Assembly: GCA_013239625.1 (NCBI GenBank)
Contig: MU053588.1
Span: 1,622,508-1,686,507, forward strand
Length of the DNA stretch: 64,000 bases
Reading direction: 5' to 3'
From: Lama guanicoe
Taxonomy: Eukaryota
The notes below the pieces were generated by a model. That model made no database searches and was not told where the DNA came from. It saw nothing but the letters and a program-made list of their open reading frames with translations. The translations under genes and the position numbers were made by a program. Positions 47,926 through 64,000 of the stretch are shown in pieces (position 1 is the stretch's first letter; every line of letters starts with the position of its first letter).

Positions 47926-50313
47926 CAATAAATAATGACTTTTCTATTCCTCCAATGTTCCAGCCCCTGGGCCTTTGCACACTATCCCCCTTCCTTGGCT
48001 GGTTCCTTCTTTTCATTCTAGTCTTGAATGTAATCTCTTTAGAGAGGCCTTCCTTTCTCATGACCAATTTATACCCGACCCCCAGCAATTGTCCTGATGT
48101 TGGCAAATTACTTTGAAATACTTTAAAAATCAAATGGATTCGTGAATGGGTAGATGGATGGCTAAATACCTGCCCTCACCCTCTTTCCCCTTCCCTTCCA
48201 CTCTGCTCTGCCAAAACGTCAGTGGTAGAATCTAGATGGTGGGCATAGGGGTGTTCACTGTAAAATTATTTCAGTTCTGCCGCGTATTTGAAATTTTTCA
48301 TAATAAACATTGTTGGGAAAAAACCGGAGGACTCTTCCAGAGACCACTAAAAATAGCCCAAACAGGTCCAACGTTTTCTTTCCATTCCACCACTCATTTT
48401 ATCTCCCTCATAGCCCTCATCACTCCTGGTAATGCTCCTGTTTGCTTGTTTGCTTACCTATTTATTGTTTCCTTATTTATTTATTTATTGCTTATTGTCT
48501 AGTCCTTGAGATGTAAGCCACCGGAGGGAAGTGGCACGGGCACCAGTTTTCTCCAGTTTCCCAAAGAATAATTGGCACCCAGCAGGTGCTCAGTAAACAT
48601 GTGTTCTTGAACATCTTTTAGGAGAGGACTTGGGAGCTTGGTCCACTGAAGACTCACTGCAGGGCGCACACTAAGGAATAAACATGCTCTCCCAGTCTGG
48701 GGGTCACTAGAGGGGAGGGGTATACCCCAGCAGCAGGGGAGTACCCATGAGGTCGGGGAATGTGAGTTGGCCTGAAAAACAGGGCATCAGGTGGAAGTAG
48801 ATAGTGTGATTGTTTCTTTAGGGCCCTGTTCCTGACCCAAACCGGCTAGTAGACATCCGTGACCAATCTCATTCTTTCACTGTTTAGGCCCTTTCCCTAG
48901 GCATAGGCTCCGCCTTGTCTCTAAGGCCCCGCCTCATTGCAAAATATCTGCCCTATCTGACCTAAATAAATGACACTGACCCCTTAAGCCTGGGTCCCAT
49001 CCTCCCTCGCAGCCTGAGCCCCACCCCTTTACCTTAGACACCACCCTAAAGTTTCCCCATCTCTGCCCCAAGCTCCATCCATCATCCCTAGCCCCACCCC
49101 TCCACCCTAGGCTCCACCCCCAAAGCATCCAGCCTAGGTTCTGGTCTTTCAAACCTAGCTTGGGTCCCCCATTCTTAGCTCCTCCCTAAAGTCCAGGCTT
49201 CACCTCTCTAACAGAAGTATTGCTCACATTCAAGTTTAGCAGGGAGGAGTGCCCCAGGGAAAGCCTAGGGAATCTGGATCTGAGGAAACCTAGAGTGGAG
49301 GTTGGTGGAAAGGGAGGAGGTGGTCCTCAGTTTGTACCGCCCTTCAAAGGTGTGGTCCCAAACCAAAAGCCACGCCCTATGGTGCCCACTCTTCATTGTA
49401 CAGCGTAATCTGTTCTGATCTCTCTGATTGGTCCCTCCACAAGCCCTCTAGTCAAACCTACTCTGCATTGGACTGCCCCTCAGAGTTACCCTCTCTGATT
49501 GGTCCCTGCTTTCCAAACTCCCTGCTCCTGATTGGGCAAGTCCTTGCACATACCTCTTTCTCATTCGATTGTTTTCAATCTTGAACCTAGATGCAGACAG
49601 AAGTTCAACTGTGGTGTGGGGGGTGGGGTGGGATGGGGAGGAAAAGGAGAAAAGGACGCAGAGGAGAAGAGATCCCCTAAATCCCCTGCCTGAGAGAGGG
49701 AGTGGCCATTGACCACAGGATAGCCTTGGGTTAAAGTTCTTGTGTGGCTTTGGGCAACTATGACTTAATACCTGTAAAGTGCTTATAAAAGTACCTGGCA
49801 CCTAGGAAGCCCTCAATCAGAGAGCTATTATTATCCATTTGATCGTGTAAGTTCATGACCTTGGACAAATCCTTTTGCCTCTCTGACCTCAGCAGACCAG
49901 GAGTTGCTTGACCTCTTTATTGAATGACCCCTCCTATCCCCTCTCAGGGAACAAGGCTGTGATCAGAGGTGGGTGTAGGGACATCCCTAGCAGAGAAACA
50001 GGGTGGGGGCATCCGCATGGGTGAAAGACAGGGGAGAGGAGCTCAACACAACCTCTCCCCTCCCTGGGAAAATTAAGGGCAGTGGGGAATGCCTCTGTGG
50101 TCTAGTGTAGAGTGATTCTATCCTGAATTTCTCACGCAAGGGCTTGTCCTGATTGGGGACAAGGGGACAAGGGATGGGACAGAGTGGGGTGATGAGGACA
50201 TAGTGTGTTAAGGCCAGGAAGGCAGGGGAAGGCTTGGAGCAAGGCTTGTGGACCCTCCCTGGAATGACAGGGCTGGGGAAGGGGAACCCTGGGCCCAAGG
50301 TCACTGTGTCATT

Positions 50314-50327
50314 GTTACCATGGCAAC
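50314..50327. promoter_or_regulatory. RFX X-box (GTTACCATGGCAAC)
   Basis: Matches the canonical palindromic RFX consensus; nuclear-receptor half site CCAAGGTCA immediately upstream. Confidence 0.6.
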
Positions 50328-51088
50328 AGCCACCTCTCAGCAGGGAACCTGGAAAGGGGTGGGGGGAGGGAGCTCCCAAGTCCCTGAATCTGGGGACAGA
50401 GAGGGAAATAGAGGCATGAAGGAGAAGCAGAGAGACAGAGTGATTCAACTCTGTAAAGACCTGCCCACCTCAGAATCGTCAGAGCCTGGTACACTGTGGG
50501 TGCTGAATAAATGTCCTTCAGAAACAGACAGAAAGCCTGAGAGAGTCAAACACCCAGAGATGACAGAGAAAGAAAAAAGAATCTCCAGACGGGGCAGATA
50601 GGTGTCCCTTTCCTGCCTCCTCAACCTCAGACTGCTCAGGGGTCCACTGAGAGTCCTGGATCCTCTTTGCCTTTCCCAAACCTGGGCCCTCAGTCCTACC
50701 AAACCACTCACACCACACACCCCAGCAACTCCCCAGCCCATGAAGCTATTAGATTTGATCCTTCAACAATTTTTCTTCCTTAAAATGGGGGCTCACTGAG
50801 GGAATTAGCAGAGGTGCAAGGTAATACCTGCCAGCCCCTAGAAGTGGAGTGGGAAGGGAAGAGGAGGCCAGACAAGCACTCTGCCTCTTACTCTCAGGGA
50901 CCCAGGTGTCCTTCTTCCCCTTGGGACTGACCCCTCTACAGAACTAGATATTCCCCAATTCCTTCAGGAGACCCAGGCCTCCCCTATTTCCCTTGGGAAA
51001 TCCTACAGACCCCTCCCTTTCTTTCAGAGAAACAGGTATTGTAGCCTCCTTTCCTCCCAGGTCTCAGCTGGCATCCACTGGATCTGCT

Positions 51089-51136
51089 TGCCCTCTGCTG
51101 GCCCAAGGCTGGTACTGCAGGACTGCCACCTAGTGC
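51089..51136 (-). promoter_or_regulatory. Two tandem CTCF-like motifs
   Basis: TGCCCTCTGCTGG (51089-51101) and TGCCACCTAGTGC (51124-51136), in the same orientation. Confidence 0.55.
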
Positions 51137-51189
51137 CTCGAAGAGGAACGGAAGCCCAACCAGAACTGAGGGTCTCTGAGTTCTTGCGT

Positions 51190-51195
51190 TTTAAT
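51190..51195 (-). terminator. GMFG poly(A) signal (ATTAAA)
   Basis: tttaat on the + strand about 110 nt after the stop codon. Confidence 0.6.
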
Positions 51196-51304
51196 TTCTT
51201 TAAGGTCTCAGATGTTCAGGTCCTAGGGGTTCAAGACATCAGGTATTCAGGTCCCCAGCCCAGAGGCCAATGAAAGAAAGACAACTTTTCTTGGAACCAA
51301 GATG

Positions 51305-56583
<5,279 letters not shown>

Positions 56584-56770
56584 GACTTTTCTATCCACAG
56601 GCCTCTTCTTTTCTCTGTTCCGCTGTCTTCTGGGGGTGGGGACCAGGGTTCCGGGGGGTGGAGTGTGGGGTAGGGGAAAGGTTTCATCCCATACCACATC
56701 CTGTTTATGCCCATTCTGGGACAACTGTCACAGAGGGCTCCTCCCCCTCCTTCCTTCCCCTCATCTGCTA
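56584..56770 (-). promoter_or_regulatory. GMFG: GMFG 5' UTR and proximal promoter
   Basis: 5' UTR ...gaagaggcctgtggatagaaaagtcATG; overlapping ETS (CAGGATGT) and RUNX (TGTGGT, 56693-56698) motifs on the minus strand. Confidence 0.55.
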
Positions 56771-57499
56771 GGACCTCCCAGGCTTTGCAATCACCCAGAC
56801 CGGGGTTCAAATGCTGCCTTGCTGTGTGGCCCTAGCTAAGTAAATTCACCCCTCTGATTCAGGATTGTTATAAGGATAAAACAGCTTCACATGTCTTCCA
56901 GCTTGGTGGACACACTCAATACACAATAAAGAATAATGAATTCATTAGCTCCTCCCCTCCTCCAGGAAGCATTCTTGGATTTCTCCCCATCTGGGATATT
57001 TTAATTCCAGAGCTGAAAAGGGTTGCTTAGAGATGTTTGATGGTCAAACAGCCATCTATTATATTGATAGGGCAGTGGAGGAGAGAGAGGTGACTCCACA
57101 GTATCCTAGTAATGGTGAATTTTTTCCTGTAATTATTCAACCACCTGGGCCTGCCTTATGATGGGCCCTACAATAGTTGTATTCCATTCCGTCAGATCAG
57201 TACCTCCTTTTCTATTAAGAGCGTTTTGTATGGCTCCCTTTTCCAACCTGAAATGAAATTCCTAGATGAGGTAACCTACTGATACACATAAATTCTCCCC
57301 AAAATCAATACAATGTCCTAAGTGTCATATAAAGGAGAAATAAAAGGGAAGTAATTTATGAGAACTCCCTGTGTATTTCAGTGAGAAAATATGAGCAAAC
57401 AATAGAGAATTTTCCCAGGACCCAGCACCCTGCCCCTGTGCCGGGACCACTGTGCCGGGTCCACTGTGCTGGCTTCTCTCTACAGTAGTGGGTAGATCT

Positions 57500-59012
57500 T
57501 TTCCTCCCCGCTACCCTCTACTTGGGCAATGGATCCCACTCTCTCACCTACTCAAGGGCATCGCTGCAGCTACTCTCCTTCTCTCTGCACCATCCATGTC
57601 TTCATCTCTACTCCATCTTTTTCCTCAGACTACACACAGTGTTATTTCTTCCATCTCAATAACAAAAAACCGTATCTCCCATCCAGCCACTGCCCATTCA
57701 TTTCCTTCCCTTTTCAGAAAACTTCTTGAAAGAATTATCCATACTTGCTGCCTCCAATTTCTCCTCCCAACTTTCTCTTTAACTCTCCTAGCAGACTCAC
57801 TCCTGTCCCTCTCCAATGGCATACAGTGTCAGGGCCACCAAGGACCACGGTGGTGCTGGATCTAATGGTCAATTCTCAGTCTTCATCTGCTGCGCCTGAT
57901 ACCATCCATCACTCCCTGTGCCCCAAAACACATTCTTTCCTTGGCTTCGAGGACACCACCCTGACCCAGTCTTCCTCTAGCTCTTTGGATCTCAGCCTTT
58001 CACACTGATTCCTCCTTTTAATAGTGGGGTGTCCCAGGGCTAAGTCCTGGGTCCCTTTCTCTTTTCCAGCCACCTTCTCCTCTTCATGATCGCATCAGTC
58101 TCTTGGTTTCCAAAAGGGGATACCCTACTTATTTCTCCAGCCTGGGCCACACCCTGAACTCTAGGATCTTATATCCAGCCGCCAACCTGACATCTCCGTC
58201 TGGATGCTTTGGTCTTCCTTGACCCTTCTCTTTCCTCTGACAATGTATCTTAGAACTTGTCAGCTCTGAACTTCAAAATATAATCAGAAACGGCCCATTT
58301 CTCCCCCTCCACAGCTCATATTCTGGTCCTGCCACTTTCAACTCCTGCCTGAACTCCCACAGCAGCCTCCTCTGTTTCCTTGCTCTCACCCCACTCCCCA
58401 CATTATTCTTCATAGGACTGCCAGAGAGATCCTAATAAAACCTCAGTCAGGTGACATACCTACTCTCTCAAAACCCTCTCATGGCTGCCATATTATTTGG
58501 GCAAAGCAAAAGTCCTTACAGTGGCCTTTAAAATATGAAGTAATCTGCCACCAACCCCTCCTCCATTATCTCCTGGAACGTCCCTTTCAATACTCTCCTC
58601 TTTGTTCACTCCTCTCCAGCCACACTAGCCTCTTTGTGGTTTTGTGAGTGATCCTGCCACTGGGCCTTTGCACTTGCAGGTTCCTCTTTCTGGAACCCTT
58701 TTTCCCTTCTTGGTTCACCCCTTTACTCTTTCATATTTCTGTTCAAATGTCACCTGATCCAATAGGACTATCCCCATCTAAAATAGTGCTGACTCTACCT
58801 GTCAATCCCCTTAGCTTGCTTAATTTTTCTCCATAGTGCTTATCACCAAGCTACATTGTAGGTTTTTATTGTTTTGTTTTTCTTCCCCCAACTAGAGTAT
58901 AAGCTTCATGAAGACAGAGATTTTTGCCTGCCTTGTTCATTGTTGAATTTTTAGCACTTTAATCAGTGCCTGGCAAGTCTAAAGTACTCAAGAAATACTA
59001 TTGAATAAACGA
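57500..59012 (+). mobile_element. L2 LINE fragment
   Basis: CT-rich L2 body and 3' end 'cagtgcctggc...tactcaagaaatactattgaataaa'. Confidence 0.7.
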
Positions 59013-60129
59013 ACCAGCATCCTTGGAGCACAATCATTCTATATAGTGTGAAAGTTGTTGTTTAAACGGTAGTGTTTGGAGTTTATGATATTGCCCCACA
59101 CTGTTTTTAAATAGCCTTTCATCATAGCATCTAAGAAGCATTGTTTTCCTGGTTTCTTCCTCTCTCTCTGTGAATGCTCCTTCTCAATCTTCGCTGAGTG
59201 TCAATTCCTTTGCTCAAACCTTGTGTGTCTCCTCTCAAGAGTCTGGTCCTTGCCTCCATTTATCCTTCATATCCTCCCCAGGCTAGGTCACTAACTCCCA
59301 CAGCTTCAATTACCATCTTTGATCATCCTCAAATCTTGGTTTCCAGCCCCAGTTTCTCCCTTAAGCCCCAGACCCAGAAGTTGTGCAGCCTTCTGGACCC
59401 TGATGCTGGGTGGCCCATGCTGGGCTCAGCATCTTCCAATCCTGCTTCTCCTCTGTCTCCTTCTCAGGGAAGGCCTCCAAACCCACCCACCCCCAATCTT
59501 CCAGCCAGGGGACCTTGTCTTGGATTTCTCCCTCCCTTCCCCTCTGCGGCCAGCTAGTCCTAGGGCAGATTCACTCAGCCTCCTGAGCATTCATTCCTCC
59601 TACCTATTCCTCCTCCCCTTCCCACAGTCCGTCCCTGGTGCAAACGCCCCTCTCCCACCCAAGCTGCCTCCTTGGACTCACAGCTCTTGTTCTAGTCCCT
59701 CCATCCAAATAGAAGCCAAGGACAACTTTCCAACCCCCCACTTACTCTCCTTGGCTTGAAGCCTTTCCATGGCTCTTCATTGCCCTCGGGACAAGTCCAA
59801 ACTTTCCCAAGTGGCCAAACTTCTGGCCGCGGCTTATTTCCCACCACTCCCTTCCTTGAAAGCAACATTCCATTCCGACAGCAATTCTTTTAGTCCCTCT
59901 AACAAGTCACGTCTTGGTCACCTGGGAGCCTTCTGAATGAGGGCCCTGGTTCTGCTTAGTTCGCTCCAATCCAGGGCAGTGTGTGGAATGAACAGATTAC
60001 AATAGTCATAGCAACAACTCCCATTTACTGACGGCCTGCTTTGTGTCTGGCGCTTTATATGCATCGTCTCCTACTCCCATTTGACAGTCAGGCTCACAGA
60101 GGGGTGCGGTGGGAAAGTTGAGACTCCCA

Positions 60130-61110
60130 GCCGGAGTACCAACTCGGAACCTGGACAGTCCGGGCCAGGTCGGGCCCAGGCCTCGGACGCGGCTTGCAAG
60201 TGGGGCGGAACCGGGCCTTGAACGCCAGAATCAGGAATTGTGACTTAGCTCACTGTCGCTGAGGTAGACGGTGAGAGACTGCCCCCTGCGGGCCGGGAGG
60301 CCCAATCGCGGGCTCTGCCGGGCCCGTTGCCCATGGCAACGCAGCGCGCGCCCCGCCCCTTCCCCGCCCGCCGAGCCGATTGCCCGTCAGCCGCGAGGCT
60401 AACCAATCCCACAGAGCGGGGGGCGGGCCTCGTGGGCCTCGTTCAACCCCCGCGGCCCCCCGCTCCTTCGCGACCCCGCCTTTATCGGCGCACACCTCCC
60501 GCCCTTCGGGCTGCCCTCGCCGCCCGTTGGCGGGCGCGCCGTTCGTCACCACGGCGTCAGCTAATACCGGCGCGCGACGGTCCCGTCGGGGCGGAGCCAG
60601 GGGCGGTGACGCACGGCGCGGTGACGCAGCGCGACGGCGGCGGCGGCGGTGGTCGGTGCGGGAGGAGGGAGGGGAGCTCGCGGGCCGGAGAGGGGGCGAC
60701 GGCGGCGGCTGCTGCCCGAGGAGGCCTGGGCGGCGGCGGCGGCGGCAGCGGCGGAGGCCGAGGCGGTGAGTGACGGTCCGGGTCGGGCGGACGCGGGGCG
60801 GCGGCGGGTCGGGGCGCTCGGGGCTCAACCTCGGGGCTCCCCAGGCCCCGCGGGCGGCCCCGCCCCCTCAGGGACCCCAGGCCGCGGGCGGCGGCGGTGG
60901 GCGCGGAGCGCGGGCCTCGGGGGTCTCGGCCGTCGAGAGAATCCCCCGCCTCCGAGTCGCCCTCACAGGCCGCTTCGCGAGCTTCTCCGCGAAATCCTTG
61001 CCCCTCGGGATGGCTGGGATCCGGCCCTTCCTCGTGACCCCCCAGGTCTACCTCAGACACCTCCTGGTGGGCACGCCCACTGACCCCCCCGAATCCGCCC
61101 GAACGCCGTC
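60130..61110 (+). promoter_or_regulatory. SAMD4B: CpG-island promoter of SAMD4B
   Basis: CCAAT boxes (60302, 60403), GC boxes, RFX X-box GTTGCCCATGGCAAC at 60326-60340, several CRE half-sites (TGACG/CGTCA); gene identity from synteny only. Confidence 0.75.
60620..60765 (+). other. SAMD4B: Probable non-coding exon 1 of SAMD4B (start approximate); intron 1 runs off the window
   Basis: GGC-repeat-rich leader ending in the donor GCG|gtgagt at 60766. Confidence 0.6.
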
Positions 61111-63151
61111 CGAAAGGTATCCCGAGAGACCACCCCAGCTATTTCCACGTCTGCTCCAGACCCCGTCATAAGCCTCAGGAATCTTCCTCAGAGAACCTCC
61201 CTCTGGCCCCAGCTCCCTCGTCCTCCTCCTCTATCCAAAAATCTTTCCCCCAGGCTTCTTCTCGTATTCCAACAATATGTGTCTGATATCTTCTCCAGGA
61301 GCCTCCCTAAAAATCTCCTTCAGAGACTCCCCGAAACCCCCTCCTGACCTGTATGTTCCAGAAATCTCCCCCAACGACCTACTTCGCATAGCCCAACAAT
61401 CTCCCCCAGACCTCCCTCTCACGCATCCCAAGAATTTTCCCTCCCACCTAGCAGCGATTGCCTGGGAGATTTTCCATTCATAGCCCCCAAATCTCAGAGG
61501 CCCTCCCCTCCCAGAGTCCTCCAGGATGCCCCCAGTGTCCCCCAGAAATCTTCCTCAGAAACTCTCTGAAATGTCTTAGGATCCCCACAACTCTCCTGGT
61601 GCCCCCCTCCCTCCCAATCTCCCTTAAACATTGCCCTTCATATATCCCAAAAGTCCTCCTTTTGGACTCTTCCACAGGTCCCAAAAATTTCTGCCAAAGA
61701 CCTCCTAATGTTCCCCAGATCTCACCACCCTGAAATGCCCTAGAGATCACCCTGGCATCCCCCCAAAGTCTCCCCTTGGGACCCTCCTCACTTATCCCAA
61801 AAATCTCCTTCAGAGATTCCCTGAAATTTACAGAGAACTCTTCTCCCATATTCCACAAGCCTCTTCTGACCGCTGTTAAGTATCCCAAATCTTTCCCAGT
61901 AACCCACACGAAATGTTCCCAAATTGCTTCTTCAGGATTCCAAAAAATTTCCTAACTTTAGATATTTTCTAACCCTCTCCCCCTTTTCTCTGATATTTTC
62001 AAAACTTCCCCCCTTAGGTAACCTCTCAAAATCCCTCCTTGTAGATCTCCTTTCAGATCAGCTTTCTAAAGGTCTTCTTCACAACCCCTGTAAATCCTAA
62101 GACCCTCTTTATGACACCTCTGGGGTGCAGTTTCTTGGGACCTCCTCATATCTTCTCAGAAACCCCAGCAATTCCCTTGAGTCCTCTGAGATATGCCCTT
62201 GAAGTCCCTCCAAGAGACCCTTCCAACAATCCCCAGAACCCCTTGAATCATCACCCAGAGACCTCTTGCCTTACTAAGGGACTTTTCTTAGATTATTTCC
62301 CTCCCTGAACTCTCCCTCACAGTTTCCTTCAAATCCTCTAGAACCCTCTATAGAAGACCCCCACCACCACCTAGTCTTGCTTCAGAATAACTCTGAGCTC
62401 CTTTTCTTAGAAAGTCCCAGAATTCTTTCTGAAAAACCCTCTACTCTGACATTCCCACATTCCCCTCAGAAGACTCACCTTCCGCATATATCCTTTTGAG
62501 GACTTTACTCAAGAGATTTCTCATCTGAGCTCTCTTAGAGTTGTTCCTAAAAAGACCTGTCGTCTTGCTCCAGTAGACCTAGGATCTCTTGCAGAAGACC
62601 ACACCTCCCCAGACACCCTTTAGAGAATTTTCTCCAAAATTGCTCTACATCAGCCACCCCAGCACTTTGTGAGACTTCCTCAGACCTCTCCCTCAGATTC
62701 TTCCTCTGACATACTTACGAAACCTTATTCAGGGCCCTATCAGACAGACCCTTTTAGAACCCATATTTACATCCTCTGATCTCCTCCGTTCCCTTTCCTC
62801 AGAAATTAGCTTAGAGATCCTTGTCAAATCTGAGCTTCCCTTCCCTATTATTTCATCATAGGCCCCCAGCATCCTCCAGATTCCCCCTCTCAAGAGCCTC
62901 TGTGTCCCCTTTTATTAAAAAGATCCTCGAGAGATACCCTCACCCCTTGAAATCCCAGCTGTCAGAGATCTTTCTCTCAGACAATTTTTCTTAGGTTCCA
63001 TCTTCATAGACGCCTCCCTTCAGATCTTTGGAGACCGAAAGACTGTTAACACTCTCCTTGGGCTCTTCTTGAAGGCCCCCCATTTTTCTTTCAGAAGGCT
63101 TCTCCGTACTTTTCCCCTTTGAGGCCTCCTCACAAAAGAATCCCTTCCCCT

Positions 63152-63323
63152 ACAGTAATGTTGTCCCTGGACCAGCAGCAATAGCATCACCTGGGAACTT
63201 GTTAGAAATGCAGATTCTTGGGTCCCAACCAGACCCTACTGAATCAGAAAACCTGGGAGCAGGGCCCAGCTACCAGGAACCTTCCTGGTAATTCTGTTGC
63301 ATACTCAAGTTTGAGAACTACTG
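63152..63323. mobile_element. MER5A
   Basis: 'ggaccagcagcaatagcatcacctgggaacttgttagaaatgcagattct...aagtttgagaactactg'. Confidence 0.8.
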
Positions 63324-64000
63324 CTCTCTAAGAGGATTTCCCTTTCCTCACAGAAAGCCCCCTGGATGGTGCCCCTGTGCCCTAGTACCCACCCTCATTT
63401 TCCTGGGAGTCCCCTTTGTGAAGTACCCACCCTCCAGAAGATTCCTAACCCTCCTTGAAAGGTTTCTGGCTTCTCCATAGGGTTACCCCACCCTCTGAGC
63501 AATTACTCAGATTCTGCCTTTGAATGGTTCCCTTTCACACCTTCCTCAGCACTTTCTCCTCCTGGCTTCTCCTCCACTCCTTCAACCCATCCCCTAGCCT
63601 TTGGTACTTCTGCTCCAAATTGCTCCCTTCTTGAACACACATGTCCATCTCTTCTTATCTGTTCCTCATCTACCCTCCACATAGGCACCCTCCCCTTAAG
63701 GCACCCTCATCTTTTCATTCTGTATGTCTTACTGCCCAGAGCCCTCCATTGTACTTCTTAGAGCACCACCACCTTCTCCCTTGTAGTTTTTCATGGACTT
63801 GCACACTCACCCTCACTGGACTGGGAGTTCAGAAAATACTGGGATGTAGCTTGTTCCTTACTGAATCCCACAAGGTAGGATCTGCCCTCTGTATGTTACT
63901 GGGAATCATTGGCAAATGGGCAGCTCTTTCCTGCCTAGAAATTTCTAAGTTCCTTAGATCTCACTGCTCATAAAATCTAACCTCCTTTCTTCTCTCTCTC

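Noticed and set aside
60250..61171. Arg/Gly/Pro-rich ORFs in the SAMD4B promoter
   Set aside because: CpG-island artefacts with no ATG-initiated recognisable protein; SAMD4B coding exons lie beyond the window.

Overview
Mammalian genomic DNA, most likely a camelid (alpaca/llama/camel), judged from seven copies of a tRNA-derived Vic-1-like SINE. The region is syntenic to human 19q13.2 (IFNL cluster - LRFN1 - GMFG - SAMD4B). It holds the last three coding exons of an intact-looking IFN-lambda-2/3-like gene (+, 178-692), a five-exon IFNL1-like pseudogene (+, 27285-28808; ATG>ATA, frameshifts, nonsense codon), complete LRFN1 (-, 768 aa), complete GMFG (-, 142 aa) and the CpG-island promoter and first exon of SAMD4B (+). 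The intergenic DNA is dense in LTR, L1, L2, MIR and DNA-transposon fossils. The main hidden signal is a third, heavily decayed IFN-lambda gene at about 12.7-15.6 kb. It is recognisable exon by exon, interrupted by ancient transposons, and invisible in the ORF track. Also notable is a MER41-like solo LTR carrying an m67-type STAT (GAS) site about 3.5 kb downstream of the intact IFNL gene. Repeat family names and motif calls come from visual recognition, not database searches.
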